From: an uncultured Candidatus Sumerlaeota bacterium
GTDB lineage: Bacteria > CAYMEV01
Length of the DNA stretch: 53,416 nucleotides
NCBI GenBank assembly: GCA_964389675.1
Contig: CAYMEV010000024.1
Location: 1-53,416, forward strand
Direction of reading: 5' to 3'
This document shows, piece after piece, positions 50,222-53,416 of this stretch. The notes beneath the pieces were generated by a model. That model ran no database searches and had not been told where the DNA came from. It saw only the letters and a program-made list of their open reading frames with translations. The first letter of the stretch is position 1; the number at the start of each line of letters is the position of its first letter. The position numbers and the translations under genes are program-made.

Positions 50222-50340
50222 GTAGGTTTTATCGGTGTTATGTGTCCTAACATTGAAAAATTTCTTTGCTATAAGAGATTTTTAGGTTTAATATAAGCTT
50301 GAATATTTTTATATTAAAAATAATGCTTCCATGACAGCAA

Positions 50341-52460
50341 ATGTATAATACACTGAATAAAAAGCCCCTATACAGCTTTATTTTTGTCTCTCTGCTGGGG
50401 ATAACTGCATTCTTGCTGATTGCTGATGTTTCAATCCTCAATCCCTCCAATACTGACTGGATCCTTCAGAATGACGATTCATCCTGGCATTATTTCGTGT
50501 GGCAATTCTTCAGGCAATCCCCTTTATTGCAGTTCCCTCTCGGTGCTAATCCCCGATATGGCCTGGATATAAGCAGTTCCATCATATATTCTGATTCCAT
50601 TCCCCTTATGGCTTTCATCTTCAAGCCCATAAGCCCTTTGCTTCCTGAAACCTTTCAGTATTTTGGGATATGGATCCTCTTATGTTTTATTCTGCAGTCA
50701 TTTTTTGCCTGGAAATTAATGTCTGTTTTCACTGATAGTACCCCCCCCCCGCATTCCTGGCATGTATCTATTTCCTTCTGTCCCCGTTCTTTCTGACAAG
50801 GCTTAATGGCCATTATTCACTTTTTGGCCAGTGGGTGCTTCTTGCTGTGCTTTATCTGTATTTCAGTAAAAACAGCTCCATGATCAAATGGAGCTTTCTG
50901 CTGGGCCTAACATCGCTTATTCATCCATACCTGCTGGCGATGGTTGCTGCAGTCTGCATGGCTGATACAATACAGAGGCTGATGATCCATAAGGATATTA
51001 GGGTCCTTATGGGATTTGCATGCGGTATTTCTATTACTCTTCTTGTAATGTGGTCTGCAGGCTATTTTATGATTAATGGCTTTACAGATTCTGGAGGATT
51101 TACCATGTACAGGATGAATCTGTACTCACTTATAAACTCCTATGCAAAGAACCCCTGGTCTATTATGCTGCCTCAATACAAACCAGCCGGCATATACTAT
51201 GAATGGGAAGGCTTCAACTATCTTGGGACAGGCATGATATTATTAAGCATCTGGGCATTATTCCATCTTATAAAGAATATCAGGCGTTTTTTAAGGCCAA
51301 GGTTTCTGCCCCTGTTTGTAATGTGTATGGTATTATTTCTTTATGCAGTTTCAAACAGAATTGCTATTGGGCCTTATGAGATCATCAGCTATGAGATCCC
51401 CGGCTTTTTTGAGTTTTTTACACAGGCTTTCAGGGCATCAGGCAGATTCTTCTGGATAATATCCTATCTAATCTATTTTATCTCCTTTTATTTCATAATA
51501 AAGAAGCTTAGAAGATCCCTCTCAATTACAATTCTTGCCATTCTGCTTCTACTGCAGGTCTTTGACTCCCAGAAGCCGCTTTTATACTTAAGCCGGGAAT
51601 GGTTTTCCAGGCCTCCCGTTTTCTCATCCCCTTTAAGGTCTCAAAAATGGCGGGAAATTGCAGAGCCATATGATAAAATTATCCTTGTCCCCCCTGCTAA
51701 TAAGCCTGAAAACTGGAAACCGCTTCTTGACCTTGCTGCCATGAATAATATGGCAGTAAATTTCGGATGTTTTGCCAGAGTGGATGGAACCAGGCTTAAA
51801 GAGGCCAGGGATGCTGTATCAGTATCAATAATCAATAATAGATATAATAATAAAGCACTTTATATCTTTTCAGATGCTGAATTATGGGTTGAAGCAAAAA
51901 GACACTATTCTGGAACGGATTATCATGGCATCCAGGACGGCATAAGGTTCCTTGCCCCTGGATTCTTCAAAACAGATATGAGAATGCATAATCCTGCATT
52001 TCAGGAGAGTGTTTTCCCTTTAAATGAAGCTGTATTCTTCCGGAGCATGTCTGAAGGATCCAGCTTTACTCTTAATGGCTGGGCATCACCGGAAGAAAAT
52101 GGCATCTGGTCTGATTCCAGAGAAGCATGCCTTAGTTTCAAAATCCCTGAATTTACATGTCAGAGCCTGTTACTGATAATTGAGTCTTATGCATTTGTGA
52201 ATGAACAGCATTGCTTTCAGGAAATTGATATGTATATTGGAAATAATTATCTGGCCACCCTAAAATACACCCTTTCTGAGAACAGAAGCATAAGATCCAT
52301 CCTGATCCCGGGAAAATATATCTTATCAGATGATCCTTCAGTCATGATAAGGTTTAGGATGAACAACCCTGTATTACCGTACACTCTTGGCTTATCCGGG
52401 GATAAGCGCAGGCTTGGCATCTTTTTAATATCTATGGAACTGTCAACTGTCTTAAATTAA
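50341..52460 (+). pseudogene. DUF6311-like polytopic membrane protein (putative GT-C glycosyltransferase), frameshifted at a C10 tract
   Basis: The 5' ORF (DSSWHY...SIIYSDSIPL...FQYFG) and 3' frame (AFLACIYFLLSPFFLTRLNGHYSLFGQW...IHPY...EGFNYLG...FRASGRFFW) join if the C tract at 50741-50750 is C11 or C8. Confidence 0.82.
50741..50750 (+). repeat. Homopolymeric C10 tract
   Basis: actgatagta-cccccccccc-gcattc, exactly at the frameshift. Confidence 0.97.
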
Positions 52461-52850
52461 AATTATCCATAAGCCCTAAATATTGAGTCTAATTTCCATT
52501 TAGGGATTGAAAAATTGGATTATGGTGAGTTAATGTTATCAGATTCTTTTATTCCTCCTGCAGTCAGAAGAGAACGTTCGTTTGAGGAGAATGGTTAAGG
52601 GAAATGTACTGGGAAATTAGCTTAGCATCAGTTGGTATTTGCTTTATCTATATTATAACATTAACGCGGGGAATTATAATTGTTCTGGACACTTGATTCA
52701 TCATGGATAAAAATGATATTTTAGGATTACAACCCTATTGTAAGCTTTATAAAAATGAATCTGAAAAATTTATTTGGGATTTATAATACTAAATCTAAAT
52801 TAAAATATAATAATAAATTATCATTTTTAGAAAAAGGAATTAGTTAAAAA

Positions 52851-53369
52851 ATGTTAAAGGTTAAGAAAAAAGCCCTAATGTTCATATTAGAAACTTTTAA
52901 AAATAATAAATCCATGACAATTTTATTATGGATTTTTATTTTATGCGAAAGTGCTATTATTGCTTATTTGCCAAGACTTGTTGGTAATGTGTTTGGCTTA
53001 TCTGAAAGCAATATGCTTTCTTTTGAGGCAATAAGGAAAATTATATTCTTTTTCTTCCTGCAGATATTCATTATATATTTTGTTTTTATAATAACTGAAT
53101 CATTTAAGTATAAATTTCTTAAATATTGGCAGAATAAATTAATGCAGAGGGTAATTAAGGGACATTATGAAAAGATTCAGAACTTTCAGGCGGGGTATCT
53201 AAGCAAAACAATTACCAGCAATATTCATAGTTCATTGTCTTTTTTTACAAAAAATCTACCAAAAGCTGTTTCTTCTTTTATTTTAGTATTGGTTTCAATA
53301 ATAATGCTGATGGTCACACTTCCCCGGATGACGCTTATCCTAATATCCGTTATAATAATAATATTGTGA
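52851..53369 (+). pseudogene. ABC exporter transmembrane domain, truncated
   Basis: ABC_membrane pattern (PRLVGNVF...QAGYLSKTITSNI...LP). It ends after ~4 helices with no NBD, at a TGA coinciding with an IS-like end. Confidence 0.7.
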
Positions 53370-53416
53370 TCAGCGACAACTATTAATGAACACTGGCGAA
53401 ATTTAAAAATACCCAC
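53365..53416 (+). mobile_element. Probable IS21-family terminal sequence running off the window edge
   Basis: TG start followed by two tandem 21-nt subrepeats, GCGACAACTATTAATGAACAC and GCGAAATTTAAAAATACCCAC, the architecture of IS21-family ends. Confidence 0.55.

Noticed and set aside
53367-53416. TGA readthrough (selenocysteine or alternative genetic code) in the ABC gene, since the frame stays open after TGA
   Set aside because: TGA ends conserved genes normally here (ftsK, kbl, mutS). The downstream peptide is not TM-like, and the DNA looks like an IS end.
1-53416. CRISPR array, rRNA, prophage or defence system
   Set aside because: No regularly spaced repeats, rRNA-like sequence, or phage, cas or defence motifs were seen. 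The periodic repeats are all protein-domain repeats.

Overview
AT-rich chromosomal window from a diderm (LPS-making) bacterium, as shown by kdsB, lapA-like and lolA. The lineage cannot be assigned from sequence alone. The housekeeping core is ftsK-lolA-rarA, mutS, kdsB, fmt, def, tRNA-Thr(CGT), an S4/YabO-like gene, purC, ribF, rpiB and kbl. It is interspersed with large secreted multidomain proteins (FN3, adhesin, SBBP, vWA and PQQ-propeller types). Best candidates for undescribed biology: (1) a three-gene SPFH operon in which a CDF metal-transporter membrane domain is fused to an HflK-like subunit, followed by hflC and a second hflK; (2) a C-terminal FG-GAP-like domain shared by two secreted proteins; (3) an SppA peptidase fused to a FadL/PorV-like beta-barrel; (4) two insertions, each bracketed by diverged copies of a gene end, namely a GC-rich sensor-phosphatase gene between fmt and a decayed second fmt 3' end, and a PQQ/IS3 islet between two copies of a DUF6311-like gene 5' end; (5) a DUF6311-like membrane glycosyltransferase gene frameshifted at a C10 tract. 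An IS21-like end truncates an ABC transporter gene at the right edge. Domain calls are made by eye from motifs; no searches were run.
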